From a virus: a DNA stretch of 64,000 nt. Below the pieces are notes generated by a model that saw only the letters and a program-made list of their open reading frames with translations, searched no databases and was not told where the DNA came from. The translations under genes and the position numbers were made by a program. Below are positions 47,401-57,138 of this stretch, one piece after another. Where the stretch lies: positions 64,001 through 128,000 of IMG/VR virus record IMGVR_UViG_3300037149_000105; one strand, given 5' to 3'. How positions within the stretch are numbered: position 1 is the stretch's first letter; every line of letters starts with the position of its first letter.

Positions 47401-50400
47401 TTCCCCCATCTCTTCTTCCCAATCTCCCCCATCACTCATCAAGTCTTCTGCAACCTCATCAATTTTTCCAGCCAAATCTCGGCAATTGATATCTGCATAC
47501 TGACTCGCATCCACTTCACAATCGGTAAAATATATCCCCTTGCTATACCAGCCATCCGTGTATGCGTTACTCATAGAGAATTGGTCAAATTCATTGGTGG
47601 TTCCGTGCATGACTCGTTTTGGGGTTCCGTCCTTATTGACAACTTTGGAATCACCGAACCACGCCTTAAATTGCGGAGTCTCATGCGGCTTGGGTCTTTT
47701 TGCAAGTTCTCTTCCAATTTGTTGAGCGGCTTCATTTACAGCCTGCTGGGCCGACATCGCTTTCTTGACCCTTCCGATTTTTGAGATAGCCCCAACCAGC
47801 CGCTCTGTAGCTTCATTGCGGCTCGTCACACCGGTCATATCGGTGTTCTTGATTGCCGCCGCACAACTCAGCAGGTAGGATTTGGACTCCTGGTTAGCCC
47901 CATAGAGCGCACAGTCCAACAACTGGGAGAAGTCAAACGCCCCCCTGGACCCAGACTGAATGATGTTTACTACCGCATCTTTTGGCAAAGACTTGGCTTG
48001 CCGGATATTTTCCCGGTTCTTTTTAACAAACTGAGCCGCTTGTTTGATTTGGTTGGACAGGCCCAGCCGGTTGTTCAGACTATCCGGAACGGGAAGCAGA
48101 GACTCAATCCCCACCATCTGCATATCAAAATCCCAACCATTCTGATGACCATAATTGACTGATTTAGCTATACTGTCCCAATTCTGCTCGAATTCACTAA
48201 ACCAGGGTTCTAGGCACCCACCCTCACGTAGCACTTCAAAGAACCGCATCGGAACCTTGCCGACAAGCGCACGTTTGGTCTCTTCTCGGATACGATCAGC
48301 CGGGAGGTATTGTAGTTCTGGCTGCATCCGCCGCATCATTTCTACCAGTTGGGGGCTCACCTTCCACTCAGACCCAAATTGGGCACTGAAACGAGCCGCC
48401 CTATATACCCTTAATGCATCCTCAGCAAACTTCTCACTGACGTTCTGGAGGGTCTTATCCTTGATATTTTGCAGTGCTTCAGGAGGTCCGAACAGCTTGC
48501 CGTCCGCATCCACCGACATGGCGTTCACGTTTAGGTCCCGGCGAACCATGTCGTCTTCGAAGTTGCCGGTTGGAGTAACATCAAAATCTTTGTGACCCAC
48601 CCCATTTTTTTCTTCGGAACGGGCCACCGCGATTTCAATTTGGCCATAGGTTGGATCTTGGTAAAGGTAGACAGGGAAAGCCTTCCCCACATTCTCCAGA
48701 CCCATTTGCTGCAACGTTTCTGCCGTTGTGTTGGTAACCACATCAAAGTCCTTTGGCTTACGGTCAAGTAGCATGTCTCTGACGCAACCACCAACAAAAC
48801 GGAAGTCAGCCCTGGGGTCAAACATGTAAGCCATCTGCTTGAGCTTCTTCAGCATATATAGGGGTAGCTTGACCTCCTGGTCATGAGGAAGCTGAACCAT
48901 CGCAGCCTGCTTGGAGGCAACTGTCATCCCCTGGTACCGCCAGACTTCACCTGGGTTCTTCATGTTTAGAAGCTCCCCAATTGGAATCCCTGCGTATTTT
49001 CTGCCACCTTCGTATTGCTCAATGTAAACCTCATCCTTCATTTGGGTCAAGTCAGACTCCTCCAGTCCACTCTCATTAAATACCCAATCGATGATGGTGT
49101 CAAGATTTCTTGGAGTGAGTCGCCACACTTCAAAGTTTTTGTCTACAACCCGGATTTGGTTGTAAAATCGCATGAAGAACTCTCGGACTTCGTTCTTGAA
49201 CATGTCATACTCGCCATTAAAAATGGCATCACACTCTTCCAGAGACACATAACCCCAGATGAGGGTAAAGAACACATCTTCCACTGGAAAGTCAGGCTCC
49301 CCATACTTCATCGCATGGAGCTTTCGCCACTCTTCCTCCACCTCTCCTGGGTTGTTGTCATCTTCTTCTTCGTGGGCCTCATGAAGATGACGCTGACAAG
49401 CACTAAGAATTTGGTCCCACTTGTCATTGAGAATCTGTTCTCTGGCATAGGTTTCGTGGGTATAGTCCCCGTCTCCACTGCATTCTGCATAGTTGTTCGC
49501 TGAGTCGCCATCTACCCAGTATTCACCATTGATGAAACTACCCCACCCTGCGGCAAGTTTGCTGCTGTAGTGTTGTCGGGCCACCTCTTCATCAAGTCCG
49601 TAGTCTACCAAGACCGGATACCGCTCACCCCTACGTTCGACCAGCCCCCACTGGCTCTCTCGATCAATGTCCCACCATTTAACACCAAGTGTCTGGCATA
49701 AGAACTGAAGAGATTTCACTGCCTGCCTATCTGTAAGAAATTCTGTTCCCCCACGCTCTACTTTTTTACAAAAGTTGTAGGCGTTGGTTGCTCCATATCG
49801 TTCGAAATCTGAATAGGTGGCCCCTCTTAGGACTCGCTCAACTACGAGCCAGTGAAACTCAGTATCATAGTAAAAAATGCGAGTGATAATAGTGCAATCC
49901 TCAACCTTCTCATACATTCTGAGTTCGGCTTTGTTCTGAGCCACACCGGGCTGATTGATCGCTAGCTTGATTGCAACATGTTCATTTACCCCGACGACCA
50001 TACGGGAAGACCCTTCCCCTAAAACTGGAAGCTCCATTCCGGTTCGCTCTCTCAGGAGCTTTAAGCGATCCCTGACGGTCTGAGAGTAGCCATTAGGCTC
50101 CTCCCAATTGTTATCCCCCTCCCCTTCATCCTGACCTTCTGGTGATATTTCGTGAATGCCGGGAAGTTTTTTGAGCAGATCCTTTGGGATATTTTTAGGC
50201 TTCTCTTCAGCCACTTTGACTTGATCGGCGTCCTGTTCCCCAAAGATGTCAATCAATGCAGTTAAAAGTTCCCTAGGTACTTCAGAGCCATCGGCCCATT
50301 TGGTCAGTCCCTTATTGGTTACACGACTAACGCCTCGTGGAAGCCCATTGCGGTCGTATAGGATGACGAACAAAGGGCCTGGGGTGCTCTTGTAGATGGT

Positions 50401-51039
50401 CTGCTTGTAGCGGTCGATTATCTTACGAGCGTCATTTAATTCCTGTTTATCTCGTTTCTGCACTGGTTTGCCCAGGTCCACCATCATACGCTTATTTGTG
50501 TCCGGTGCTCTCCAAACAGATTTGGAGATGCCCTCTTCCCGTCCTGCATGACGTTCTAAGAACTCTTCATCACTGACGTTATCATCATAAAGCCTGCTCC
50601 ATGCACCAGAGTCTTCACTGGCCGTCTTCTGATTGACAATTCGCTCATGAACTATATCGTAGAATTGCTGGCTCAAAGGGAACAGGATTTCATAACCGTA
50701 CATCAATTCAGTTCCGTAGAAGTCGATCTCGGTCTGCTTGATAGCCTGCATCATCGCCTTGATGACCCCCGCATCCTCTCCGAACTCAGTCTCGGATAAG
50801 AAAGCCTTGATTTGTTCTAGGATAAGTGCAGTCCCTTCATGAAATACAATCTGGGTGTGTCCTGGGTTGTCCAAAGGGATAGGGAGTTCTAGCATGAATA
50901 CTGAAAATCGAGGAATACCCAAGTCAATCAGCCACTGGATTCGGGGCCGCTCATCTCGGATGAAATAGATATTAATGACACCCTGCTCAGGTAGGACAAA
51001 TGCTCTCTTCATGCTCACACTCTCAATATTGATACCCAT
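44473..51039 (-). CDS. polyvalent protein: kinase-like, CCA-adding (class II NTase), ART-like, glycosylase-like and GNAT-like domains
   Basis: LGEGSSR..IK..Q N..E..DYG; VGGCVRD...DFDV, RRDL.VNAM, EDALRVYRAARF; FKAWFGDSKVV..HGT..GIYFTD..GFDGII; WY..AAMSPQ..KVRSFYNN..TIDTH..LQSITW. Confidence 0.85.
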   Translation of the reverse strand: MGINIESVSMKRAFVLPEQGVINIYFIRDERPRIQWLIDLGIPRFSVFMLELPIPLDNPGHTQIVFHEGTALILEQIKAFLSETEFGEDAGVIKAMMQAIKQTEIDFYGTELMYGYEILFPLSQQFYDIVHERIVNQKTASEDSGAWSRLYDDNVSDEEFLERHAGREEGISKSVWRAPDTNKRMMVDLGKPVQKRDKQELNDARKIIDRYKQTIYKSTPGPLFVILYDRNGLPRGVSRVTNKGLTKWADGSEVPRELLTALIDIFGEQDADQVKVAEEKPKNIPKDLLKKLPGIHEISPEGQDEGEGDNNWEEPNGYSQTVRDRLKLLRERTGMELPVLGEGSSRMVVGVNEHVAIKLAINQPGVAQNKAELRMYEKVEDCTIITRIFYYDTEFHWLVVERVLRGATYSDFERYGATNAYNFCKKVERGGTEFLTDRQAVKSLQFLCQTLGVKWWDIDRESQWGLVERRGERYPVLVDYGLDEEVARQHYSSKLAAGWGSFINGEYWVDGDSANNYAECSGDGDYTHETYAREQILNDKWDQILSACQRHLHEAHEEEDDNNPGEVEEEWRKLHAMKYGEPDFPVEDVFFTLIWGYVSLEECDAIFNGEYDMFKNEVREFFMRFYNQIRVVDKNFEVWRLTPRNLDTIIDWVFNESGLEESDLTQMKDEVYIEQYEGGRKYAGIPIGELLNMKNPGEVWRYQGMTVASKQAAMVQLPHDQEVKLPLYMLKKLKQMAYMFDPRADFRFVGGCVRDMLLDRKPKDFDVVTNTTAETLQQMGLENVGKAFPVYLYQDPTYGQIEIAVARSEEKNGVGHKDFDVTPTGNFEDDMVRRDLNVNAMSVDADGKLFGPPEALQNIKDKTLQNVSEKFAEDALRVYRAARFSAQFGSEWKVSPQLVEMMRRMQPELQYLPADRIREETKRALVGKVPMRFFEVLREGGCLEPWFSEFEQNWDSIAKSVNYGHQNGWDFDMQMVGIESLLPVPDSLNNRLGLSNQIKQAAQFVKKNRENIRQAKSLPKDAVVNIIQSGSRGAFDFSQLLDCALYGANQESKSYLLSCAAAIKNTDMTGVTSRNEATERLVGAISKIGRVKKAMSAQQAVNEAAQQIGRELAKRPKPHETPQFKAWFGDSKVVNKDGTPKRVMHGTTNEFDQFSMSNAYTDGWYSKGIYFTDCEVDASQYADINCRDLAGKIDEVAEDLMSDGGDWEEEMGEEHEDNPKAIRELAKKKAWEMLGGTHQGAVYLTYLKMENPVIVTPKGGTYLGGDGGPDPENEDEWVDGPEVTKLYEAVQAACSESDIRADRIWEELVEKLLEGCSAYEFEKAVRGNDESAGAQGGAGALISAIYRYMGFDGIIMDASAQFLNMRMAPGTRHYIVWNPRQVKSAIGNKGTFNPSSPLLTASVKPRTEGGGLNVDPVEGMVNEETPNAEKVTPPTQEEEDLAKSLADRRISPAAQSSVLKPGEVDPHSHATSQPDLQKMMENEKFEYNVNLAVDNYPNFKYMREGRFQKFDAHEKAEEIINHMAANLIWLYKTWDKSLADRAKLWYVGGNRIIHRWAEKFHLEPHKVAAVVAAMSPQAHWFQNVTTAERIIEALVELKDFRWDWKMDRVALHRNWTPDDLEDDMKEAVRAGESEEGGKKKKESARKPKKTKEPKLKWSTALAIPLLRGKTLNEVLTENTPESGREYLASVWIRAWAEGHTDNKLREVTPEGNFGDWFKTGKQNAKVRWNSFAAISKAVRILESESVSDVSKLVGTNHKVRSFYNNLIAPMADEGDVTIDTHAVAAALIRPLSGAAVEVAHNFGTGFNPKKDKNGKVWVWDDDEGEYVEGDPDMEKIPGPSNSSITGLNGLYALYAEAYRRAAKDPAVGILPRELQSITWEAVRALFSPADKRDKKFIRIANEIWASHDPEDGGLNAEQAREKITAVIKERRGGKNVFETPSWVGSDPMLHADSQDSSYKRGVSGDGIPGSQAGGITPTGIGGGASRTTASKINSSLLIKIGALTFKHEHHHRRFAQDYFTLFALNGRFCVGEIRYSIYEGYPWIDSIDIGNQALTTLEARKLMSERLRKAVDPREYVGHEMLKYLQKLYPDMDLHVEKMDAAQGLLFDEKETEFAPLMDEKEQLTKEQQVVDQALEENAQEGDSIKWSEEYEKLVERWNQIDDRLHEIEDELNVYPTPVRQKRLIRTT

Positions 51040-51062
51040 AGTCGGGGAGTTTGAGCCTGAGC

Positions 51063-51785
51063 CTACTCTCCCTCTGGCAGAAAGCCCTCTTCAATCAGAT
51101 ATTCAGTGAGGTCTCCGGAGTAGCCATGTCTTCGAATATACTGCTGAGCCTTCTCTATTTCTTCCGTAGTTATATCTGGTTTGGCAGAGGTCATAGCATC
51201 TTCTACCTCTAAATCCACCTGATCCCATTCTAAACGCTCACTTGCCCTAATGGCACAGTCCTCTGAACAGTAGGTATCAAACCCCTCACTATCCGAATAA
51301 CAATCTCTCCGGCTGGCTGGGAGGGGTTCTCCACATTCCGCACACTCTCCAAACTGTCGAATCATCCAGTCTCTTAGTTCATTGGTTGGGTTTTCCCAGC
51401 CCTCTTTACCTATATACTCATCAAAGTATTCTGCTGCAACTTCATCATTTTTTCCAGAAAACAGCATCTTCTCAGCTTCGGGCCAGCTATGTCCTAGGAC
51501 ATCACGAGCATAATCGTAAATATGAGACACTCCGTCAATGATCGCATCTTCACCGGCTGGGAACCGCTGATTGTTTAAACAAAAAGCAGCATACTCATAG
51601 CTGTATCTTCCATTAGTCGCAATTGCAGCTTCCCCTTCTGGAAAAGGAATTTCATTCGTAATCGCATAACTGAAGGCAACTTTAGGGATGTGAGAGTAAT
51701 TCTTAAGCAGCGAATCCGTAAATTTCTTGCTTAACCCATTTATATGCAGCTTATATAAAATTCGATAAAAGTGGTCGGCATCCAT
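51063..51785 (-). CDS. hypothetical protein with helical repeats and C-terminal Zn finger
   Basis: YA....FPEGEAAI repeats; CAECG...YCSEDC. Confidence 0.75.
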   Translation of the reverse strand: MDADHFYRILYKLHINGLSKKFTDSLLKNYSHIPKVAFSYAITNEIPFPEGEAAIATNGRYSYEYAAFCLNNQRFPAGEDAIIDGVSHIYDYARDVLGHSWPEAEKMLFSGKNDEVAAEYFDEYIGKEGWENPTNELRDWMIRQFGECAECGEPLPASRRDCYSDSEGFDTYCSEDCAIRASERLEWDQVDLEVEDAMTSAKPDITTEEIEKAQQYIRRHGYSGDLTEYLIEEGFLPEGE

Positions 51786-52822
51786 TAGTCCATATCCATG
51801 ATGTCAAGATTGTCATCTGAGACTTCCCAAACGACCAAAGTAGGTCCGATCTCACCTGGGAATGGAGGCTGGTTACCAACTGGAACAATGTTTCCCTTAG
51901 CATAAGTGCTATAGGTATTGAACTCAGCAAGCGTGTATGTTTCCTGGAGCGGAGGAGCCCCAGAGGATGCCTGTACGAAGGAGTTGTACTCGTTGCTATC
52001 CGTGTCAGTGCTAGCCAAACCGGTATCCGGGGAATCGGAGTCGAAAGAGGGGGCCTGATAGAGAGGGAGTGGGAATGGGAGGTCTTCAATCATGGATGCG
52101 GTAATCGTCAACGAATCGTCAATGCCATAACGGCCATATATGTAGTCCCCAATGTGCTCGTCTTGCCCAAAGATGGCTGACAGGTTAAGGCCAACATGCG
52201 CCGGTTTAGCTAGATCAATTGCAGTATATAAGTCGTTTGTGATGGTTTGAAGGGTGCTGATCGTCCCGGAAATGGTGGCCTCACCGGCTGCAAAATTAAT
52301 TAAAGAGCCAGAATCGCTCCCAGCCACTTGAACGGAAATTTGTAGCGTGTTGCGGTCTGTCGCGTCATAAACTCCGTTTCCAATTAGTTTGTATAGTTCC
52401 TGGACAACAATACTCTGCCCCGTATAGGCTTGGATGATGTTTTCTAACGTTACTACCCGACACCCTGTCTGGAACGCCTTGACCAAGTTCACCACAAGAC
52501 TCAGGTAATCCTGATCATACTGACCTGGGTAGGGTGAGTTTCGACTGATAAACAACACATCTCCCCACTGCCTCTTCGCATCCGGAGGAGTTAGATTTGC
52601 AGGGTTCTTTCCAATGATGTCGTAGGTGTGGGCGTATTCCAGACGAGCCAATTCGGTAGCTACATTACGCAGCAGGGAGCCCCAGATGGTCTGATCCGTC
52701 TGGCTGATGTAAAAGTTTGGAACGTTGCCAAGCAGATAGTTAAACTCTGAGTCCTCGTATTGAATCAAGGCATCTCGGGACTGGTTGTAGAGTTGGTCAG
52801 GGTTCGCCATCATTACCTTCAA
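51785..52822 (-). CDS. putative baseplate wedge protein
   Basis: AKPAHV motif typical of baseplate wedge subunits; context. Confidence 0.6.
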   Translation of the reverse strand: MKVMMANPDQLYNQSRDALIQYEDSEFNYLLGNVPNFYISQTDQTIWGSLLRNVATELARLEYAHTYDIIGKNPANLTPPDAKRQWGDVLFISRNSPYPGQYDQDYLSLVVNLVKAFQTGCRVVTLENIIQAYTGQSIVVQELYKLIGNGVYDATDRNTLQISVQVAGSDSGSLINFAAGEATISGTISTLQTITNDLYTAIDLAKPAHVGLNLSAIFGQDEHIGDYIYGRYGIDDSLTITASMIEDLPFPLPLYQAPSFDSDSPDTGLASTDTDSNEYNSFVQASSGAPPLQETYTLAEFNTYSTYAKGNIVPVGNQPPFPGEIGPTLVVWEVSDDNLDIMDMD

Positions 52823-52842
52823 AGAAGCATTAAAAAGTTCTA

Positions 52843-53271
52843 CTACAGAATCTGTTCGCCTTCCACATTTTTATTTTCGTCTAAATGAAACACGAAAACT
52901 TCAGAGGGATAACTATTTTTCCATCTCAGCCCATTTATAGAAGCCTCACCATGCTTTAACATGTTGGTCATACTGTACAAAGCTACCACTAAATATGGCT
53001 GCATGTAAGCCTGTTGAAGTGCATCCACTAAAAAGTAGCGACCTTTTCGTGTGGGAATAGTGATGCTTTTGACTCTCTCAATTCCTCCACCCCGCATGAA
53101 CTTACTAGCCATGACCAAATGTCCACTGAATAGGTGCTTTACTTTTTCCTCATCTGGATAGCCATCCTGCCACCCCCACTCATATGTAAAGCAAGAGTCT
53201 AGAAGGGCTTTTAGCCTCTCACTAAGAAGCCCCTTCTCAATTAGGGCTTTGAGACTCTCGTTGCGTTTCAT
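52843..53271 (-). CDS. hypothetical protein
   Basis: ATGA overlap with upstream gene. Confidence 0.6.
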   Translation of the reverse strand: MKRNESLKALIEKGLLSERLKALLDSCFTYEWGWQDGYPDEEKVKHLFSGHLVMASKFMRGGGIERVKSITIPTRKGRYFLVDALQQAYMQPYLVVALYSMTNMLKHGEASINGLRWKNSYPSEVFVFHLDENKNVEGEQIL

Positions 53272-56200
53272 GAGGTTGTGTAAGAAATCGTTACCGAACC
53301 AAGAGTCAGATACTCGGTGGAGCTAAGGGTAATGTCTCGATATCCACCCTCACGCCATGCCTGATAAGTTACCTTAAAGCTGAAATCAGAGGGGGTCACA
53401 TATTTGTTGGAGAGGTAGGATGGGAAAGTGGCAATGATACAGCCTTCGTATACGGAGGGAATGGGAGTGATGGAGTTAATCTGATCTTCTACTCCGATGA
53501 TGTAGAACGCTCCATCCAGGGCCGTGGTGCTGGTAGGTGGGTTCTGAACCAAATCCATCACACTGCTTGCCCGTCTGAACTGGTCTCCTTCATACAGCAT
53601 CCCAACGTATGCGTCTGGGAGGCCCCCAGAGGGGATGGTCTGATCAGGTAGGACGTTGGCCGTGGTTGAGAGTATCCATGTGTTAGCGGCGAAGGGAAGG
53701 CTGCCAAAGGTGGTGTCCTGGGTGATAGGTAGCCATGTAGTGCCGGTTGGGATGATAATCCCAACATCGTATGACCCATCCGACTTAGCTAGTTTGGTCA
53801 GTGGGACGATGACATTGGCAATCCCCGGAATAGATTTCACTTGCCTGATTACCTCTGACTGGGTTACAGTGCTGTTTGCGTTACTCAGCACCACACCTAG
53901 AACCGTTCTAATCTGCCCATCTATGACCACTGAGGTCACATTTGGGTTAAGTTCCACTGATAATATGATATCCACCGCATTTGCCATCATCTGCTTAATC
54001 AGCACATCTCCTCCCGCATTTTTGGTTTGGGAGATAGCGTTGGCCACTTGTTCGATGTAGCCGGGGTAGCCGGTGGTGATTGAGAACATTTCGTTGTAGA
54101 AGTAAGAAACCAGAACAGAAGACTTGTCTGGGATTCGACCTGTTAGGACTCTAGCCACATATGCTTGGTAAGTGTTCTGATCAATGGTCAGATTGTAATC
54201 CTGTCCTTCCACCATTACAGTTGGTCCTGATCCATTATCATAAGTCACTTTAATATAACGATTTTGTTTAGGAATGAAAGCAGAGATCAAAGTGGAGTCC
54301 ATCGAAAGCATTGTGTAGCCATAGGACTCTGGAATCCATACATTTTGAATAAATCCTGGGTTAGCGAGGGGAACAAATGTGGACCCAGTGAGAGTTTGGG
54401 CTTCTCCGGTAACCAGAGTGCAATACTCATGCAGCGTGTATTTGTTGTAGCCAATCAACAGGGCCTGACCCAGGGGGATGATTCCCGTAGGGAGTCGCTG
54501 AATGCTGTAGGCGTTATAGTTGCAAATTGGAGCAACTTGAGGACTGATTACGGCTGGATTCCCAGAATACGCGCTAAGTCCAGTGGGGATGATGGTATAA
54601 TCCACATTCAACTTGTAAACAGTGCTCAGATCCGCAGACCGCACTGAGTTGATTCCATATACATGACCCTGGTTGTCCAGACTTACTTGTATATCCGTGT
54701 CAATGGGCATGATGGAAGGGCCACCGGTTTGAAAGGCAAAGGGGACCAGAGAACCAGGAGCTACCCCAGGCATAGTGGAGAGGACGATTGGGGTGATATT
54801 TGAGTAGGTCGCATTTGCAGTGGTGTCAATTTGAACCAAATCATTGGCTTCATTTGAGAACCCGTTTAACAGGGGGTCTTGGCTATGAATTAGTCTTACC
54901 CCTAGCGGAGAAAGAGTCCCACTATTCCCGTTTCCTGTGACACTATAGACCGTTGAAACCGGCTGAGCCGTAGGGTACCGTTGAAGTGGAGTCTGCATTC
55001 TAAACCACCCCACAATTGAAATATTGGCAGCCTGGGGAGCCAGAAGGGCAATAATCATCTGGTTGGTTTGATTCACCCCATTAAGTTGGAATATTTGATA
55101 CTGTTCATTCGCCCCACCGGCATTGATAAGCTGGTAGCAAAGTTCTGTTGGGTTTAAGTATACGGTGTTAGTGAGAGGGTCCACCTTGCAAGTTTGCACA
55201 CCAAAGAAAATCTGGTTTGCTCCCTGTGTGGCAACGATTTCTACGGGAGTGTAAATAGCATTTGAAAGTGCAGTAGTGGGCTTGATAGCGAGAAGAGCTT
55301 TGCTAGAAATCTGTAATGGAACATAGCTGACAAAACTTCTATATGTTGAAGAGCTACTCCCCCAAGTGAATACCTGTCCATCAGTCTGTTGAGAATCGCT
55401 TGCTCCCCTTACATAGATATCCACACAACCAAATATATGCTTTCCACCTCCGGCCATTGTAGGCTGGATGAGCCAGTCTCGAAGCATTTCCACATCACCG
55501 GCAGCTACTACGTTTGCTCCGATGATCCCTGGAGTGGCCAACGCAGTGTTCAAATAACCTAGCCGACTACCACTATCCACTCCAACAACCATACGATTCT
55601 TGATCATAACCGCATAAGATGAATTGGATTGTTGGTCTGTGCCATATGTGGCTGGCCCTTGGTTGATACAAAGCCAGCCGGAGGGTAACCCTGAAGCCTG
55701 TGTAATCGCACCCGCACCCACGTTTCCAATGGACCCCACTACTGTGCATTCTGCTGGGACATTCACACTCCACCAATTATTGGCCGAATTATAGATTGAG
55801 CTAATGCTCTGTGGGGTAACAACCGCTGATCCCACCGCAGAGAAGGTCACCGCTGGTGCCTGACTGTTACCAATAGAGGAAAAAGTCATTGCTGATTGGG
55901 TGAACGACACTTCCGTGGTGGGCTTGGTGTAGGTAAAGAGGGTCATCATGACCACTGATTGAGTGGCCCCACCTCTTGGAACCCCCGCTCTTTCTCCAAG
56001 AATATCGAACTGTTTGTTAATCAAAAGCTGAGTATTAGACGCAGATAAGTTCCATGCGGTAGCGATTTGAGATTTGAATGGACTGGTGTTGAATGGGTCT
56101 GAAATGCCATCCCCGTCATAGTCATCAATCGTTGCCATCGCACTGATTGATTGAGAGCAACGACCAAACCATTCCCTCACAGATTGCTGAGAAAGCTCCA

Positions 56201-57128
56201 AACTGATTGGGTCAATGTGAAGATCCCTAAGCTCGGATCTAGGAGTCAAATCCAATTGTGGGTAGTTTGCCATCGCAGAACTAATTAAGCGTGAGGCGAT
56301 GTCTTCTTTCTGCTGAAGATACTGGTAATCATAAGGACTTACTTGCCGCAAGTCAACGAAACCTAATTGGAAGGGACCGTTGAAATTGGACTCGTAAACT
56401 GTGTTTGTTGTTGGATCCTGCACCACTGTAGAAAGAACAGCGTAGAAGTAACTAGCTCCTCCAGCAATCGACTGAGGAAATATGACCGAACTGAAGCTCA
56501 CAGGAGTGGTAGTGGCAGTGGTGGTTGTGGTAGTCTGGTTATCCACCACTGCTGTGGAAGTGGTGGAGCTAGTAATGCTATTAATGGCTCTTGTTATTTG
56601 GGTTACCAATGGGCCATACTGTTGGTAGGGGACGTTGATCCCCGTTGAATCAGTGCTATACTGCACTCGAACACCCATGAAACCAGGAGTGGTGGGGAGC
56701 ACCCATTCCAATTGCGCTTGATTCAACCCGTTATAGGTAGCTACCCCAGATGGGGGATTAAGAACTGGAAGAACCCCTGTGAGTCCTGTGTAGACTATTC
56801 CAAATGAGGCGGTGGGGGTTGCGAAGGCTTGACCTGGAAGCGGTGGGTTAGATATATCATAGTTCGTCCCAACAGCTAAAACCTGGATTACCGAAGATGA
56901 GGGAGTCAAACCCGTTACGCTTATAGTAAATTGATTGAAGCCTCCGATCAGGGTGGGTGAGGTGGAAGGAAAGGTGCCCCCCTCAATCGATACAGTTACT
57001 GCAATTACAGCCGTGGGGGCATTGTATACTAAATCTATTCCGTTTGTGTCTATACCAAGCTCTTGACCGGTCACTATGGGGCTAATGAGGGTCAAGGGGC
57101 TTAGGGTAACTTGGGGTATGACTGTCAT
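53268..57128 (-). CDS. baseplate J/wedge-like protein
   Basis: G..GNVGAGAI...N......G.D; ALATPGI; G.VDIYV. Confidence 0.75.
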   Translation of the reverse strand: MTVIPQVTLSPLTLISPIVTGQELGIDTNGIDLVYNAPTAVIAVTVSIEGGTFPSTSPTLIGGFNQFTISVTGLTPSSSVIQVLAVGTNYDISNPPLPGQAFATPTASFGIVYTGLTGVLPVLNPPSGVATYNGLNQAQLEWVLPTTPGFMGVRVQYSTDSTGINVPYQQYGPLVTQITRAINSITSSTTSTAVVDNQTTTTTTATTTPVSFSSVIFPQSIAGGASYFYAVLSTVVQDPTTNTVYESNFNGPFQLGFVDLRQVSPYDYQYLQQKEDIASRLISSAMANYPQLDLTPRSELRDLHIDPISLELSQQSVREWFGRCSQSISAMATIDDYDGDGISDPFNTSPFKSQIATAWNLSASNTQLLINKQFDILGERAGVPRGGATQSVVMMTLFTYTKPTTEVSFTQSAMTFSSIGNSQAPAVTFSAVGSAVVTPQSISSIYNSANNWWSVNVPAECTVVGSIGNVGAGAITQASGLPSGWLCINQGPATYGTDQQSNSSYAVMIKNRMVVGVDSGSRLGYLNTALATPGIIGANVVAAGDVEMLRDWLIQPTMAGGGKHIFGCVDIYVRGASDSQQTDGQVFTWGSSSSTYRSFVSYVPLQISSKALLAIKPTTALSNAIYTPVEIVATQGANQIFFGVQTCKVDPLTNTVYLNPTELCYQLINAGGANEQYQIFQLNGVNQTNQMIIALLAPQAANISIVGWFRMQTPLQRYPTAQPVSTVYSVTGNGNSGTLSPLGVRLIHSQDPLLNGFSNEANDLVQIDTTANATYSNITPIVLSTMPGVAPGSLVPFAFQTGGPSIMPIDTDIQVSLDNQGHVYGINSVRSADLSTVYKLNVDYTIIPTGLSAYSGNPAVISPQVAPICNYNAYSIQRLPTGIIPLGQALLIGYNKYTLHEYCTLVTGEAQTLTGSTFVPLANPGFIQNVWIPESYGYTMLSMDSTLISAFIPKQNRYIKVTYDNGSGPTVMVEGQDYNLTIDQNTYQAYVARVLTGRIPDKSSVLVSYFYNEMFSITTGYPGYIEQVANAISQTKNAGGDVLIKQMMANAVDIILSVELNPNVTSVVIDGQIRTVLGVVLSNANSTVTQSEVIRQVKSIPGIANVIVPLTKLAKSDGSYDVGIIIPTGTTWLPITQDTTFGSLPFAANTWILSTTANVLPDQTIPSGGLPDAYVGMLYEGDQFRRASSVMDLVQNPPTSTTALDGAFYIIGVEDQINSITPIPSVYEGCIIATFPSYLSNKYVTPSDFSFKVTYQAWREGGYRDITLSSTEYLTLGSVTISYTTS

Positions 57129-57138
57129 TCTCGGCCTC

